A stretch of 64,000 bases of DNA from positions 448,001-512,000 of the forward strand of contig OZ241329.1 in NCBI GenBank assembly GCA_965199825.1. Reading direction: 5' to 3'. The position numbers and the translations under genes are program-made. This DNA comes from Bdellovibrionales bacterium. GTDB lineage: Bacteria > Bdellovibrionota > Bdellovibrionia > Bdellovibrionales > UBA1609. The notes beneath the pieces were generated by a model. It made no database searches. It was given only the letters and a program-made list of their open reading frames with translations, and was not told where the DNA came from. Shown here piece by piece: positions 30,239-41,057 of this stretch (its first letter is position 1; each line of letters starts with the position of its first letter).

Positions 30239-31559
30239 CGTCCCCCACTTTCCAAACATCGCCGGCACCCAAGGTCACCAAGATACTGAGAGGCGATAAA
30301 GCAGCAATGAGGCTTGCCAGATTTTTGCGTGAGGATAAATAAAATATGTTTTTATGCAAGTTTTCGCTCACCAAAGCTTTTGAAGTGACACCTTGGATGG
30401 GCTCTTCGCCGGCAGCGTAAATATCGAGAACAAAAACCGATGAGGCATTTTCAAAACAATCTTTAAATTGATTCCAACACAAGTCGGTGCGCGAGTAACG
30501 ATGCGGTTGAAAGAGCACCACCACTTTTTTATCAGGAAACATCTCATGAAATCCTGAAAGCACCGCTTTGATTTCGGTGGGATGATGAGCGTAGTCATCA
30601 TAAAATAAGATATCTCCCACTTCGTTGCGTTTTTGAAAGCGGCGGCCCACTCCACGAAAATTTTTGAGCGCAAGGGCTGCCGACTCATAAGAAATGCCTG
30701 CTTCATTGGCCGCAATAAAAGCAGCCGTGGCATTCAGAGCGTTGTGCACTCCTGGAAGAGGCAAAGCAAACCGCACTAAGGATTCGCCCTCGCGGAAAAT
30801 TTCGAAGCCAGTGCCTTGGCGCTTAAGGATCACGGTATTGCTCGAGTCGAGGCCATAAAAAACGATGCGCTTACCAAAATCAGCAAATAATTTTCTGGTG
30901 ACGGGATCATCCCCGCACACAATCAACAAACCATAAAAAGGAATGCGCGCCGCAAATTCTTGAAAGGCCCGGTGCAAATTTTCGATTGTGCCGTAATGAT
31001 CGAGATGATCATTGTCGACGTTGGTAATGATGATCACCTCGGGCGACAAGCGATTAAAGCTGCCATCGCTTTCATCCGACTCGGCGATCAGCCAATCGCC
31101 GCGACCAAACTGGGCGGTGGATTGGATCACCTCAAGTCGCCCGCCCACAACAATTGTGGGATCAAGGTGAGCATTCAAAAAAATGGAGGCCACAAGGCTC
31201 GTTGTTGTGGTTTTGCCATGTGTGCCCGCGACTGAGAGTCCCCTCTTGAGGCGCATCAACTCGGCAAGGGCCTCGGCTCTTGGGATCAATGGAATTTTAT
31301 CAAGAATGGCTTGGCGGTATTCGGGATTGCTCGGCTTGATTGCTGAGGAATAAACCACCACTTCGCAATTGTGAAGATTTTCGGCACGGTGACCAATCGC
31401 AATCGGAATATGATGACTGCGCAAATGCTGCACCTGTTGATTTACCGCAACATCTGAGCCTGAGACCTTGGCACCCATTGTATGAAGGAGCTCGGCTATG
31501 CCACTCATGCCAATGCCGCCGATACCGATAAAATGAACTTTAGCTTGCGAAAGACGCAT
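30216..31559 (-). CDS. murC: UDP-N-acetylmuramate--L-alanine ligase
   Basis: GIGGIGMSG, GTHGKTTT, DDYAHHPTE, FQPHRYSRT. Confidence 0.97.
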   Translation of the reverse strand: MRLSQAKVHFIGIGGIGMSGIAELLHTMGAKVSGSDVAVNQQVQHLRSHHIPIAIGHRAENLHNCEVVVYSSAIKPSNPEYRQAILDKIPLIPRAEALAELMRLKRGLSVAGTHGKTTTTSLVASIFLNAHLDPTIVVGGRLEVIQSTAQFGRGDWLIAESDESDGSFNRLSPEVIIITNVDNDHLDHYGTIENLHRAFQEFAARIPFYGLLIVCGDDPVTRKLFADFGKRIVFYGLDSSNTVILKRQGTGFEIFREGESLVRFALPLPGVHNALNATAAFIAANEAGISYESAALALKNFRGVGRRFQKRNEVGDILFYDDYAHHPTEIKAVLSGFHEMFPDKKVVVLFQPHRYSRTDLCWNQFKDCFENASSVFVLDIYAAGEEPIQGVTSKALVSENLHKNIFYLSSRKNLASLIAALSPLSILVTLGAGDVWKVGDDVARSFE

Positions 31560-31565
31560 GGCCGC

Positions 31566-32639
31566 TCATAGTGATGATGTGCTCTGGTCGAAGTCAAAAA
31601 GAAAGTGTGCGAGCTGCTGTGCAGCCTCGGGGATATAAAATTGCGCAGCCTCTTTCGACATCGATTCAAGCTTTGATGGATTTTTGATTAAACTCTCAAC
31701 CGTAATTTCTAAAATTTCTGGAGAGAAATTTTTTTGAGCGATCATCACCGCAGCCCCTTTTTTTAAAAACGCCTCGGCATTTTTAATTTGATGATCATCA
31801 GCCGCCGTGGGTAGTGGAATTAAAATTGCCGGTTTTTTTGCGGCTGCCAATTCAAACAGAGTTCCCGTGCCTGAGCGTGCCACCACGAGATCGGCATGGG
31901 CATAGCGCTTATCCATATCGTAAAGATAAGGCACGACCTCAATCCACGAAGGAGCTTCACCATAAATTTTTTGAACCCGTTCAAAATCATGCGGGCCTGT
32001 TTGATGGACCACCGTGATCTTTCCTTGCCACTGCGTTTGGCAAAAAGTTTGGGCCACCACCGTATTGAGAGCTGCAGCTCCTTGCGAGCCACCAAAAACC
32101 AAAATGCGCAAAGGCGCGTGAGGCGAATAATTTGTTTTGTGAAGAGCATCAATCGGATCGCTTACAGGTAGGCCCACCGTTTGTGCCTTTGGCAGCGCAT
32201 GAGGAAAAACCACAAACCGTCGTTTTACAAAACGCGACAAAATTCGGTTGGCAAGGCCTGCCACCGCATTGGGTTCCCAAATCATGGTTTCGCAAAATAA
32301 AATGCGCGACATCAACAACAACGGCCCCGAAGCATGCCCGCCCACTCCCAACACAAACAGCGGACGATAGCGCAAAATCAACCAACAACTTTGAATTAAA
32401 CTCAACGGAAGTTTTAAGAGTGTGAGCACACGTTCTGATCGCGAAACATTGCTATTGAGGCGACCAATCGACAAAAAGTGCAAAGGATATTGGGTGATGA
32501 TTTTTTTTTCTAAACCCATCAATGTTCCAACAAAATGGATTTGGATATCCGGTCTGATTTTTTTAATCGCATCGGCCAACGCAAGTGCGGGATAGATGTG
32601 ACCCCCAGTTCCGCCGGCCGCAATAAAAGCAGTCTTCAT
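31566..32639 (-). CDS. murG: Lipid II GlcNAc transferase MurG
   Basis: GGTGGHIYP, GGSQGA, RSGTGT..E and HQ..NA motifs. Confidence 0.96.
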   Translation of the reverse strand: MKTAFIAAGGTGGHIYPALALADAIKKIRPDIQIHFVGTLMGLEKKIITQYPLHFLSIGRLNSNVSRSERVLTLLKLPLSLIQSCWLILRYRPLFVLGVGGHASGPLLLMSRILFCETMIWEPNAVAGLANRILSRFVKRRFVVFPHALPKAQTVGLPVSDPIDALHKTNYSPHAPLRILVFGGSQGAAALNTVVAQTFCQTQWQGKITVVHQTGPHDFERVQKIYGEAPSWIEVVPYLYDMDKRYAHADLVVARSGTGTLFELAAAKKPAILIPLPTAADDHQIKNAEAFLKKGAAVMIAQKNFSPEILEITVESLIKNPSKLESMSKEAAQFYIPEAAQQLAHFLFDFDQSTSSL

Positions 32640-33730
32640 CTTGCCCGCCCGAGGTGTCGCTCAAAATTTAAGATTAATCCAAAGGCGAGACAGTTGCACA
32701 AAAGAGAACTTCCGCCATAACTTAAAAACGGCAAAGTTAATCCTTTGGTGGGAAGAAGACCCATCACCACTCCCGCATTAATAAAAACACCAAAAAAGAA
32801 AATCAGAATAAGTCCGAGTGCGGCTCCCCGCTCCCACTGATCCTGACAGCGAAGGGCCACCTGAAAGCCGCGAAAAATAAGTAGGCCATAGATCATCATC
32901 AAAAAAGCAAATCCGACAAAACCAAGTTCTTCACCAAGAACAGCCAAGGTAAAATCGGTGTGCGCCTCGGGAAGAAAAAATAATTTCCCTTGTCCCTCAC
33001 CGAGTCCCGCCCCAAAAAATCGGCCAGAGTGAAATGTTAAAAGACTTTGAATCACCTGAAATCCTTTTTGACCAGGATCGGCCCACGGATCGATGTAGGC
33101 TTGCAGCCGCGCCATACGATAGGGCTTTTGCACCACCAAAAAATAAAATGCCGGAATCGCCATCAACCCACTAAACAGCATGTAGCGATAACTAAGGCCG
33201 TAAATGTAGAGCAAAAAGAATCCCACCAAAAAACACATGATGAGTGTTCCAAAGTCGGGCTGATAATGAAGCAAGACAAATGGAATCAGCAATGAGCAAC
33301 TCGCCGCAATTTTATAATAGGGATTTTTGGCGTGCCACAACAAGAGCATGGGCAAAACTAGCGAAAACGAAATCTTAAATAACTCAGCTGGTTCAAAACG
33401 CTGCGAAAATGGCAGCCTCAACCATCGGTGAGCTCCACCCGCCTTGACGGTGAGCGATGGTATAAAGGTCAGCATGATCCCCATGACCGCCACCGCGAAG
33501 AGAGCGAGCGAAAAGGATCTTAAGTATTTGCGCGGCATCAGCGCGCCAAAAGCCAGTAGGCCAATCCCTAAGAGGGCATAGATAAACTGTTTGCGAAAAA
33601 AATAGAGTCCATCTTCGTAGACTTCGGTGGCAAAAATAAAACTCGAGCTATAGACCTGGACCAGACCAAGGCCGATCAAAAAAAATACCGAGAGTAAAAT
33701 GGTTTTATCAAAGCCGCTATGAGGTCTCAC
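32636..33730 (-). CDS. ftsW: SEDS peptidoglycan polymerase FtsW
   Basis: Polytopic membrane protein; QPDFGT, LPEAHTDF, KGLTLPFLSYGGSS. Confidence 0.96.
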   Translation of the reverse strand: MRPHSGFDKTILLSVFFLIGLGLVQVYSSSFIFATEVYEDGLYFFRKQFIYALLGIGLLAFGALMPRKYLRSFSLALFAVAVMGIMLTFIPSLTVKAGGAHRWLRLPFSQRFEPAELFKISFSLVLPMLLLWHAKNPYYKIAASCSLLIPFVLLHYQPDFGTLIMCFLVGFFLLYIYGLSYRYMLFSGLMAIPAFYFLVVQKPYRMARLQAYIDPWADPGQKGFQVIQSLLTFHSGRFFGAGLGEGQGKLFFLPEAHTDFTLAVLGEELGFVGFAFLMMIYGLLIFRGFQVALRCQDQWERGAALGLILIFFFGVFINAGVVMGLLPTKGLTLPFLSYGGSSLLCNCLAFGLILNFERHLGRAR

Positions 33731-33771
33731 ACCTTAACGGTATGCGACCCCAGGGGTTAAGGGCAATGGGA

Positions 33772-35154
33772 TTACTTGAACTTGTTCACAATTTCTTTAA
33801 AGTAATTTCCGCGCTCGACATAGCTATCAAAGATATCAAAACTCGACGCGCCCGGTGCGAGCAGCACAGTGTCGCCAATTCGTGATTTTTGATACGCAAT
33901 CAAAACAGCCTCTTCAAAAGTTCCGATCAAAAAGGTTTCCGAAAAGTCGCCGATATCGCGATTGATCCGCTCTTTGGCTTCGCCCACAAGGATCAAAGTC
34001 TTAACCCGTTTTTGAATTCGATCTTTGAGAGGTAAATAATTAAGGTTTGTATCCTTACCGCCCATAATCAAGATCACATTTTCTTCAAAGGCATCAAGAG
34101 CCCGCATCACCGCATGAACGTTGGTGGCTTTTGAATCGTTATAGAATTCAACCCCGCCCACTTTGCGCACATACTCAAGACGATGCGCCATTCCGCGATA
34201 AGAATCGATCACACGTTGAATCACATCGTGTTTTCCACCGTGTTCACGCGCCGACAAGATGGCCGCCATAATATTTTCGTAAGCGTGGCGCCCCTTCATC
34301 TTGGTGTTCGCAACCGAGTAGTACTCAATCTCAGGCCCGGTGCGCACGCGCACTTGGTCTTTAATGGTTACCGCACCACCGATGTTCATAATTTGTGGCT
34401 CAAGTGTGGGCTTGCGCGAAAAATAAAAGATCCGTCCACGTTGAACCGCAGGATCGCGCGCAAGTTCTACTACTGCATTGTCATCCGCGTTGAGGATGCT
34501 GGTCGTAGCTTGATTGGTATTTAAAAAGATTTTTCGCTTGGCATTCACATACTCTTCCATCGAGCGATAGCGATCCAAATGATTTTCGGCCAAATTGGTA
34601 AACACAATATTTTGTGGAGTAAATTTGTCGACGTGCTCGAGCATAAAACTCGACACTTCGACCACACACACTTTTGCTTTTTTCTCAGAGGATAAATATT
34701 GGCTTAAAGGCTCACCGTAGTTTCCACCAATCCAAACATCAATCCCCGACTCCTTTAAAAATGTGTAGGTCAGATGCGCGGTTGTTGTTTTTCCGTTGGT
34801 GCCGGTGATTGCGATCATGGGCTCTTTGATAAACTGCGCACAAAATTCGAATTCACCTGTGACACGCACACCTTGTGACCGTGCATATTCAAAAATTTTG
34901 AGATGCGGCGGAACACCCGGGCTCAACACAATCACATCTTGTTGCAAAAATGTTTTTGGAGTGTGACCACCAAGCTCAAGTTGAACATTCATGCCTTCAA
35001 CAGTTTCGAGCGAGCCTGCAAGTTCGGCTTTTGATTTGTGATCACTGATCGTAACGAGGGCTCCCTTAGACGACAAGAATCGCGCAAGCGACACTCCCGT
35101 TTTTGCAAGACCCACAATCAAAATACGTTTACCCTGAACTTCCGAAATTTCCAT
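33772..35154 (-). CDS. murD: UDP-MurNAc-L-Ala--D-glutamate ligase
   Basis: GTNGKTTT, EVSSF, HLDRY, HRLE, NDSKATN. Confidence 0.97.
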   Translation of the reverse strand: MEISEVQGKRILIVGLAKTGVSLARFLSSKGALVTISDHKSKAELAGSLETVEGMNVQLELGGHTPKTFLQQDVIVLSPGVPPHLKIFEYARSQGVRVTGEFEFCAQFIKEPMIAITGTNGKTTTAHLTYTFLKESGIDVWIGGNYGEPLSQYLSSEKKAKVCVVEVSSFMLEHVDKFTPQNIVFTNLAENHLDRYRSMEEYVNAKRKIFLNTNQATTSILNADDNAVVELARDPAVQRGRIFYFSRKPTLEPQIMNIGGAVTIKDQVRVRTGPEIEYYSVANTKMKGRHAYENIMAAILSAREHGGKHDVIQRVIDSYRGMAHRLEYVRKVGGVEFYNDSKATNVHAVMRALDAFEENVILIMGGKDTNLNYLPLKDRIQKRVKTLILVGEAKERINRDIGDFSETFLIGTFEEAVLIAYQKSRIGDTVLLAPGASSFDIFDSYVERGNYFKEIVNKFK

Positions 35155-35155
35155 T

Positions 35156-36232
35156 TTACCTCAATTTCAATGTGCTAAGACAAAGTACTGCGAGCAGGAT
35201 CGAAATGATCCAAAATCGCACAATTATTTTTGTTTCGGTTAACCCTTTTAATTCAAAATGATGATGGATCGGCGCCATCTTAAAAATACGTTTGCCGGTG
35301 AGCTTAAATGAAATCACTTGGGTGATAACCGAAAGTGCCTCCACCACAAAAACGCCACCGAGCACAATCAACAAAAGTTCGTTCTGTGTGATCACCGCAA
35401 TGGTTCCCAAAAATCCACCAAGAGCAAGCGATCCCACATCACCCATAAATACTTGCGCCGGATAAGCATTGAACCACAAAAACCCAAGCCCCGAGGCAAT
35501 CATCGCCGCAGACAATCCGGTCAATTCGCCCGCGCCAAAAATATATGGAATCCCTAAGTACTGCGCCATGCGAAAGTTGCCGGCGAGATACGCAAAAATC
35601 ATCAGCGTCATCGCCGCAATAATCACGGGCACGATGGCCAACCCATCAAGCCCATCGGTTAAGTTCACCGCGTTGGCACAGCCAACAATAACGAGTGAAG
35701 CAAAGGGCACATAAAACCAACCCAGATGCAGCGAGAAATTTTTAAAAAACGGAACATACAAATCAGCCGGCAAAGAATTTTCATGAACAAGCCAGCCAAT
35801 GATCGCCGCCGAAATCGCAAACTCAATCAGCAGGCGAACCCTACCAGGCAACCCGCGATGATTTTTTTTGCTCACTTTAAAATAATCGTCAGCATATCCA
35901 ACAAGACCAAAACCGAGAGTGACCGCGATCACCGCCCACACCAGTGGATTAAAAAGATCGACCCATAAGATTGATGAGATCAGAAAGCTGAACATGATCA
36001 ACCCCCCACCCATCGTCGGAGTGCCCGCTTTTTTCTTGTGAGATTCGGGCCCATCGTCGCGAATGCTCTGACCCATTTGGCGTTCGATCAGCCGCCGAAT
36101 AAAAAACGGCCCCACCATCCAGCAAACCAAAAAGCCAGTAAAGAAAGCCAGAAAAGAGCGAAATGTGATGTAGCGAAAAACATTAAAGATCGAGTAGGTG
36201 TCGGACAATTGATACAAAAAGTGCCAAAGCAT
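35156..36232 (-). CDS. mraY: Phospho-N-acetylmuramoyl-pentapeptide transferase
   Basis: [37 protein letters not shown]. Confidence 0.98.
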   Translation of the reverse strand: MLWHFLYQLSDTYSIFNVFRYITFRSFLAFFTGFLVCWMVGPFFIRRLIERQMGQSIRDDGPESHKKKAGTPTMGGGLIMFSFLISSILWVDLFNPLVWAVIAVTLGFGLVGYADDYFKVSKKNHRGLPGRVRLLIEFAISAAIIGWLVHENSLPADLYVPFFKNFSLHLGWFYVPFASLVIVGCANAVNLTDGLDGLAIVPVIIAAMTLMIFAYLAGNFRMAQYLGIPYIFGAGELTGLSAAMIASGLGFLWFNAYPAQVFMGDVGSLALGGFLGTIAVITQNELLLIVLGGVFVVEALSVITQVISFKLTGKRIFKMAPIHHHFELKGLTETKIIVRFWIISILLAVLCLSTLKLR

Positions 36233-36393
36233 GTGGTCTCACGTCTTTAAAAAAGAATTTAAGCGGAAAGCCGGTGATACCATATCGTATGATTTGAACG
36301 CAATAAAAAGTTTATAAGTATATGGCTTTGCTAGGGTTTTTGCCGTTTTTTAGGATGCTCGGCGGGGCGTGTACGAAGGTATGATCGTGCTTG

Positions 36394-36723
36394 TTTTGCG
36401 GGCACGACAGTTTTGCGGGCACGACAGTTTGTGGGCACGACAGATTGTGGGCACGACAGATTGTGGGCACGACAGATTGTGGGCACGACAGATTGTGGGC
36501 ACGACAGATTGTGGGCACGACAGATTGTGGGCACGACAGATTGTGGGCACGACAGATTGTGGGCACGACAGATTGTGGGCACGACAGATTGTGGGCACGA
36601 CAGATTGTGGGCACGACAGATTGTGGGCACGACGAGTTTTGTGGGCACGACGAGTTTTGTGGGCACGACGAGTTTTGTGGGCACGACGAGTTTTGTGGGC
36701 ACGACGAGTTTTGTGGGCACGAC
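36394..36723 (-). repeat. Tandem repeat array 2: 20 copies of GGGCACGAC (reverse complement GTCGTGCCC)
   Basis: 12 perfect 16-mers GGGCACGACAGATTGT (36433-36624), 5 perfect 18-mers GGGCACGACGAGTTTTGT (36625-36714), 2 variant units and a terminal core. Confidence 0.97.
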
Positions 36724-36819
36724 CAATTCACACTTCATTGTGGATCCGCTTTAACCAATAAACGGGAAACACAAATCGTTTAAAAAATTCTCTACAATTG
36801 AACGATCCTCAGTGTTTAT

Positions 36820-36833
36820 GGCTTTTGTATTGC
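36820..36833 (+). promoter_or_regulatory. Putative sigma54 promoter
   Basis: TGG-CTTTTGTATT-GCT. Confidence 0.65.
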
Positions 36834-36861
36834 TAATCCATTCTTAATGGGAAATAGGAAC

Positions 36862-37839
36862 ATGATCAGAAATTCGATAACTGTCTTACTTTTTGTCAGT
36901 CCTATTTTCACTTCAGCCACAAGCCCCTCGCTCAGTGCAGTGAGAACCCAATGGTTAAAAAAATCTGATACTCAAATTCAACATTTTGGATCACAAAACT
37001 CAGGCAGAAATTCCTCATCTCAACAAGGCGACGACAATTTGCGGCAAAATGTCGATCTTCTCACACGAGGACAATGTCACATTCGAAGAGCCACCGCGAA
37101 AGAGGATGCTTATTTTTCTGCAATTGTTGCCGTCGATGGCTCCATCAAAGGCGAAACTGGGCAGTTTGTGTACAATGATGAAGTCGGAGTTTCGGCAAAT
37201 AATTCTCGATTCGTTTTGACCGCGCTCCACGCCTTGAAAGACAAAGATGGAAAATTCCCTACCATCGATCCTTTTTCTAACAAAATCGATCCAAGTATTT
37301 TGAAGATCCATGTTCAAGGCTGTTCAACAGATCAAAAAGTTATTGCCATTTGCACGGCCAACGGAAATTTAAAAGATCAAAAAAATGATTACGCTTATCT
37401 GGTTTTGGATAAATCAAAATGCAATATAAAGCCTAAAGCTATTACTCTTAAGCCAGCATTGAGAAGTGCTGTCGACACGTGTCCCAAGATACATGTGGCA
37501 TGTTCACTGACCCCTGGCCTGGAATGTGGAACCGCACAAAATCGGAATGAACTTACTGAATATAATGCGATCAGTACAAATATCGCCGGACGACGATTAT
37601 TTTTTGGTGATGGCAAGGTTGAGGTGACATACGAAGACTCCTCATTTGTTTATGATGCAGACGCCGCTAACACTTGCAGTGGCGGCGCAGTCATTTGTTC
37701 TAATCAAAACTCTTCGACTCTCATAGGAGTTCATCGGGGTGGTTATTCAAAGTCAGCAAACTTCGGTTTGCAAATTCATCAAGGTATGATCGACACATTA
37801 CAAAATTGCAGCGAGCAGATGAAAGAAAATAAAATATGA
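36862..37839 (+). CDS. Secreted trypsin-like (S1) serine protease, copy 1
   Basis: Signal peptide; LTALH (His), NDYA (Asp), NTCSGG (Ser), LIGVH; alternative start 36847. Confidence 0.75.
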   Translation: MIRNSITVLLFVSPIFTSATSPSLSAVRTQWLKKSDTQIQHFGSQNSGRNSSSQQGDDNLRQNVDLLTRGQCHIRRATAKEDAYFSAIVAVDGSIKGETGQFVYNDEVGVSANNSRFVLTALHALKDKDGKFPTIDPFSNKIDPSILKIHVQGCSTDQKVIAICTANGNLKDQKNDYAYLVLDKSKCNIKPKAITLKPALRSAVDTCPKIHVACSLTPGLECGTAQNRNELTEYNAISTNIAGRRLFFGDGKVEVTYEDSSFVYDADAANTCSGGAVICSNQNSSTLIGVHRGGYSKSANFGLQIHQGMIDTLQNCSEQMKENKI

Positions 37840-38882
37840 AAAATTTAAATAACTTTTCGGAATTCTTACTGAGTATCGCTCAAAATAAAAAATTACGGAT
37901 AACTAAAATTTTGTTTACCCTATTACTTTTTGCCAACCCTGGGTCTGCTTCTGCATTTCAAACTTCCTTTGTTGGCTTTAACGATGTGCTCTCTTCCTCA
38001 ATTCAAAATTCAAAATTAATTGTGGATGCTGACGAAGTTGAAAATGGCAATCGCTTTAGAAATTCGATAAATCAGGTGAGCCTACTTCGTCGTGGACAGT
38101 GTTCGATCAGAAGAGCCTCGAGCCAAGAGGACAACTTATATTCAGCAATCGTTCCTATCAACGCACCAGCTACTACAGCAACAGGTCAAATAGTTCAGGC
38201 CGAAAGCTCTCTGCCATCAGACCCTACAATTGTGATGACTGCTCTACACACATTTGCCGCAAACCAAAAAGGAGCTCAACCCCCAGTCAATCCAATTTCT
38301 GGCGGAATTAATCCAAATTTATTTAAGATCAAGGTTAAAGGATGTGCGAAAGATCAAAAAGTCGTTGCTGCATGTAAACCTCCGCCTGAAACAAGTGGTG
38401 CTAGCAATGATTATATTTTTTTAGTTCTGGAAAAATCTGAATGCCAAAAGCAAGTTCAACCATTTCAAATTCAAGCAGTTGAAAAACAAGATGTTCGCAG
38501 CTGTCCTAAAATTCACGTTGCATGTTCTCTAACTCCAGGTTTTGAATGTGGTACCAAAAAAGATAGAGACAATCTTGACGATTATGCAGCTGCCACATCA
38601 GACCTCTTGTCGAGAAAATTGTTTTTTGGCGACGGGCAGATTGAAAGCGTCAAAGATTATAATCAAGTTTTCCAATATTTTGCAGATACTGCTGACGGTT
38701 GTAGCGGTGGAATTGTAACATGTGATTATGGCAACGGTGCTTCGCTAATTGGAATTCATACCGGTGAAAGTGAGCATCCAGGAGATACCAAAGCTACTTC
38801 GAATGCAGGCGCAATAATTCATAGCGGTATGATTCAGACTTTGAAAGATTGCACTCGTCTCATGCGCCAACACATCAAATAA
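37836..38882 (+). CDS. Secreted trypsin-like serine protease, copy 2
   Basis: MTALH, NDYI, DTADGCSGG, LIGIH; the position matching the paralogs' start codon is ATA (37899). Confidence 0.75.
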   Translation: MKNLNNFSEFLLSIAQNKKLRITKILFTLLLFANPGSASAFQTSFVGFNDVLSSSIQNSKLIVDADEVENGNRFRNSINQVSLLRRGQCSIRRASSQEDNLYSAIVPINAPATTATGQIVQAESSLPSDPTIVMTALHTFAANQKGAQPPVNPISGGINPNLFKIKVKGCAKDQKVVAACKPPPETSGASNDYIFLVLEKSECQKQVQPFQIQAVEKQDVRSCPKIHVACSLTPGFECGTKKDRDNLDDYAAATSDLLSRKLFFGDGQIESVKDYNQVFQYFADTADGCSGGIVTCDYGNGASLIGIHTGESEHPGDTKATSNAGAIIHSGMIQTLKDCTRLMRQHIK

Positions 38883-38955
38883 CAAACAGTGGTTACGGCA
38901 GGTCAATTTCGTGACCTTAATAATGCTAGTAAGAGTAAAAAGGATTAATTCGCGA

Positions 38956-39954
38956 ATGATAAATTTAGTTTTTAATATCTTATTTTTTGCCAATCCTGGC
39001 ATTGCTTCAGCGATGAACTCTTCGATCAATGGTTTACACGGTATGCTGGATGCCCCTGGTCAAAACCAAAATCTAGTGATTTGGAATTACGAAGGCTCAC
39101 ACCCCGAAACGGAACAAGCTCAACACCTCTAGGTTGGTGTCACTCTTCACACTAAAGGCCAATGCAATATTAAACCGGCTAACCCTTTCGACAAAGAATT
39201 TTTCTCAGGACTTGTTGCTATTAATGGCCCTTTCATCAATGGAACAGGGCAACTTGTTTATAATGATGAGCTTGGTGTCCCCGAAGATGGCCCTCAATTC
39301 GTCCTTACCGCTCTCCATGTAATGAGAGACATTTCTCCGAATCAAAAACTGCCAACAATCGATTCTCAAACTGCAGCCGTCAAACCCAACGTTGCCAAGA
39401 TTCACATTCCAGGTTGTGACAAAGATCAAAGAGTTACAGCAATCTGTACGCCTCAAGTCAGTTCTGATCTGAAGGATGTAACAAACGATTATGTGTTTTT
39501 AGCTGTGGAAAAATCAAACTGCCAAAAGAAAGTTCACCCGCTCGAAATGAAAAGAATGGATAAAAAGACAATTCGAAATTGTAGGCAAATTCGAATAGGG
39601 CAGGTATTAAATCCAGGATCTGAGTGCGGCACTGCTGAAAATAGAAACAACTTAACGAGCTATTCAGCAGCAAGCGGCAAAATATCAGATAGAAATTTGT
39701 TTATAACCGACAGTGAGATTTATCACCTCAACGATGGCAACGATCTAATATTTTATAAAGCCGATACGACTCAGAGTACGAGAGGCGGTGGACTTTTTTG
39801 TGACGGAGGCGCCAATCGAGGTACACTCATTGGAGTTCACAGGGGCGAGGGTGAGCAAGAGACGAACCAAGGACTGGTTATCAATAAGGCGATGGAAGAC
39901 ACTCTAAAAAAATGCGCTGAACTATTCCGAGCAACTGAAAAATCCACTAAATAA
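38956..39954 (+). pseudogene. Trypsin-like protease copy 3, nonsense-interrupted
   Basis: Single in-frame TAG at 39130-39132 (AAG in copy 5); the frame continues VGVTLHTKGQC into ORF 39322; the catalytic Ser motif reads QSTRGGG. Confidence 0.85.
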
Positions 39955-40049
39955 AATTAACTCCCGCGAACTCTTTGATCATTGTGTTCATTGATTTCAC
40001 TATTCTGGCCTTTTTTAAACTGCAGCTCTTACTCATTAGAAAGTTACGC

Positions 40050-41057
40050 ATGACTAAAATTTTGTTTACTACACTACTTTGTGCCAATCCTGTTTTTGCT
40101 TCAGCGATGAATTCTTCGATTGTTGGGTTGCACGACGTTCTCAGTGCGTCGTTTCATAAAGACAACTTTGTTGCGCGTGGGTGTGCAAGTTCTCAAGCTG
40201 AAGATAAAATAAGACAACCTGGACAGTTAAAAATTGAAACTGTTAGTTTACATACTCGAGGACAATGCGCCATTCGATCGGCAACTTCCGTCCAAAACGA
40301 AGTGTATTCGGGCATAGTTGGAATCGATGGACCTATTGGAGCTGGCACTGGACAACTAGTTTATAATGATGATCTTGGTGTTCCAGAAAATGGAACTAGA
40401 TTTGTTTTAACTGCGATTCACGTTATGGGAGACAATACGGTCAACAAAACGTTACCTTCAATTGATGCTAAGAGTGGAAAAATTAATCCAAATATTGCAA
40501 AGGTCCATATACGAGGTTGTGCAAAAGATCAAAAAGTTGTCGCTATCTGCAAACCACCAAGCAGTCATAAAAATGTTAACTTTGATTATGGTTTTTTAGT
40601 TCTTGAAAAGTCTGATTGCCAAAAGAAAGCTCAGCCACTTCGCATAGCAAAAGTTGAAAAACAAGAAGCTCAAAATTGTAGTCATATTCGTGTACCCCAA
40701 GTTTTGAATCAAGGAATGGAATGTGGGACAGCGGAAAACCGAGATAAGCTTTCTGAATATAATGGAGCAGCAGGGCCCTTGGCTGAAAGGAAATTATATA
40801 TCGGCGAAGGTGACATGTATCACGTTAACCAAGGAGATAATCAAATTTTCTATAAAGTAGACACAACACAGGGAGGTAGTGGTAGCGGAATATTCTGTGA
40901 TGATGGGAGTAATCGGCCTACTTTGATTGGTGTGCATCGAGGGGACGGACCACCTGGCAGTGAAACTAATCAAGGCGTAATTATAAATGAAGGTATAACC
41001 GAAACTCTTAAAAAATGCGCTGAGCAAACTCGAGATAAACTAAGTGAGCAAAACTAA
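40050..41057 (+). CDS. Secreted trypsin-like serine protease, copy 4
   Basis: Start at MTKILF; LTAIH, FDYG, DTTQGGSGSG, LIGVH. Confidence 0.8.
   Translation: MTKILFTTLLCANPVFASAMNSSIVGLHDVLSASFHKDNFVARGCASSQAEDKIRQPGQLKIETVSLHTRGQCAIRSATSVQNEVYSGIVGIDGPIGAGTGQLVYNDDLGVPENGTRFVLTAIHVMGDNTVNKTLPSIDAKSGKINPNIAKVHIRGCAKDQKVVAICKPPSSHKNVNFDYGFLVLEKSDCQKKAQPLRIAKVEKQEAQNCSHIRVPQVLNQGMECGTAENRDKLSEYNGAAGPLAERKLYIGEGDMYHVNQGDNQIFYKVDTTQGGSGSGIFCDDGSNRPTLIGVHRGDGPPGSETNQGVIINEGITETLKKCAEQTRDKLSEQN

Noticed and set aside
35627..35636. CGGGCACGAT in mraY resembling the array core
   Set aside because: A single variant-core match within conserved coding sequence, compatible with chance
36312..36783. Six overlapping repetitive ORFs across array 2
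   Set aside because: They arise because the repeat units contain no stop codons in any frame; there is no RBS or domain support
39130..39132. Programmed TAG read-through or an alternative genetic code
   Set aside because: Other genes here end in TAG (recN, ftsQ), and this copy has also lost its catalytic Ser and promoter GG, so pseudogene is the simpler reading
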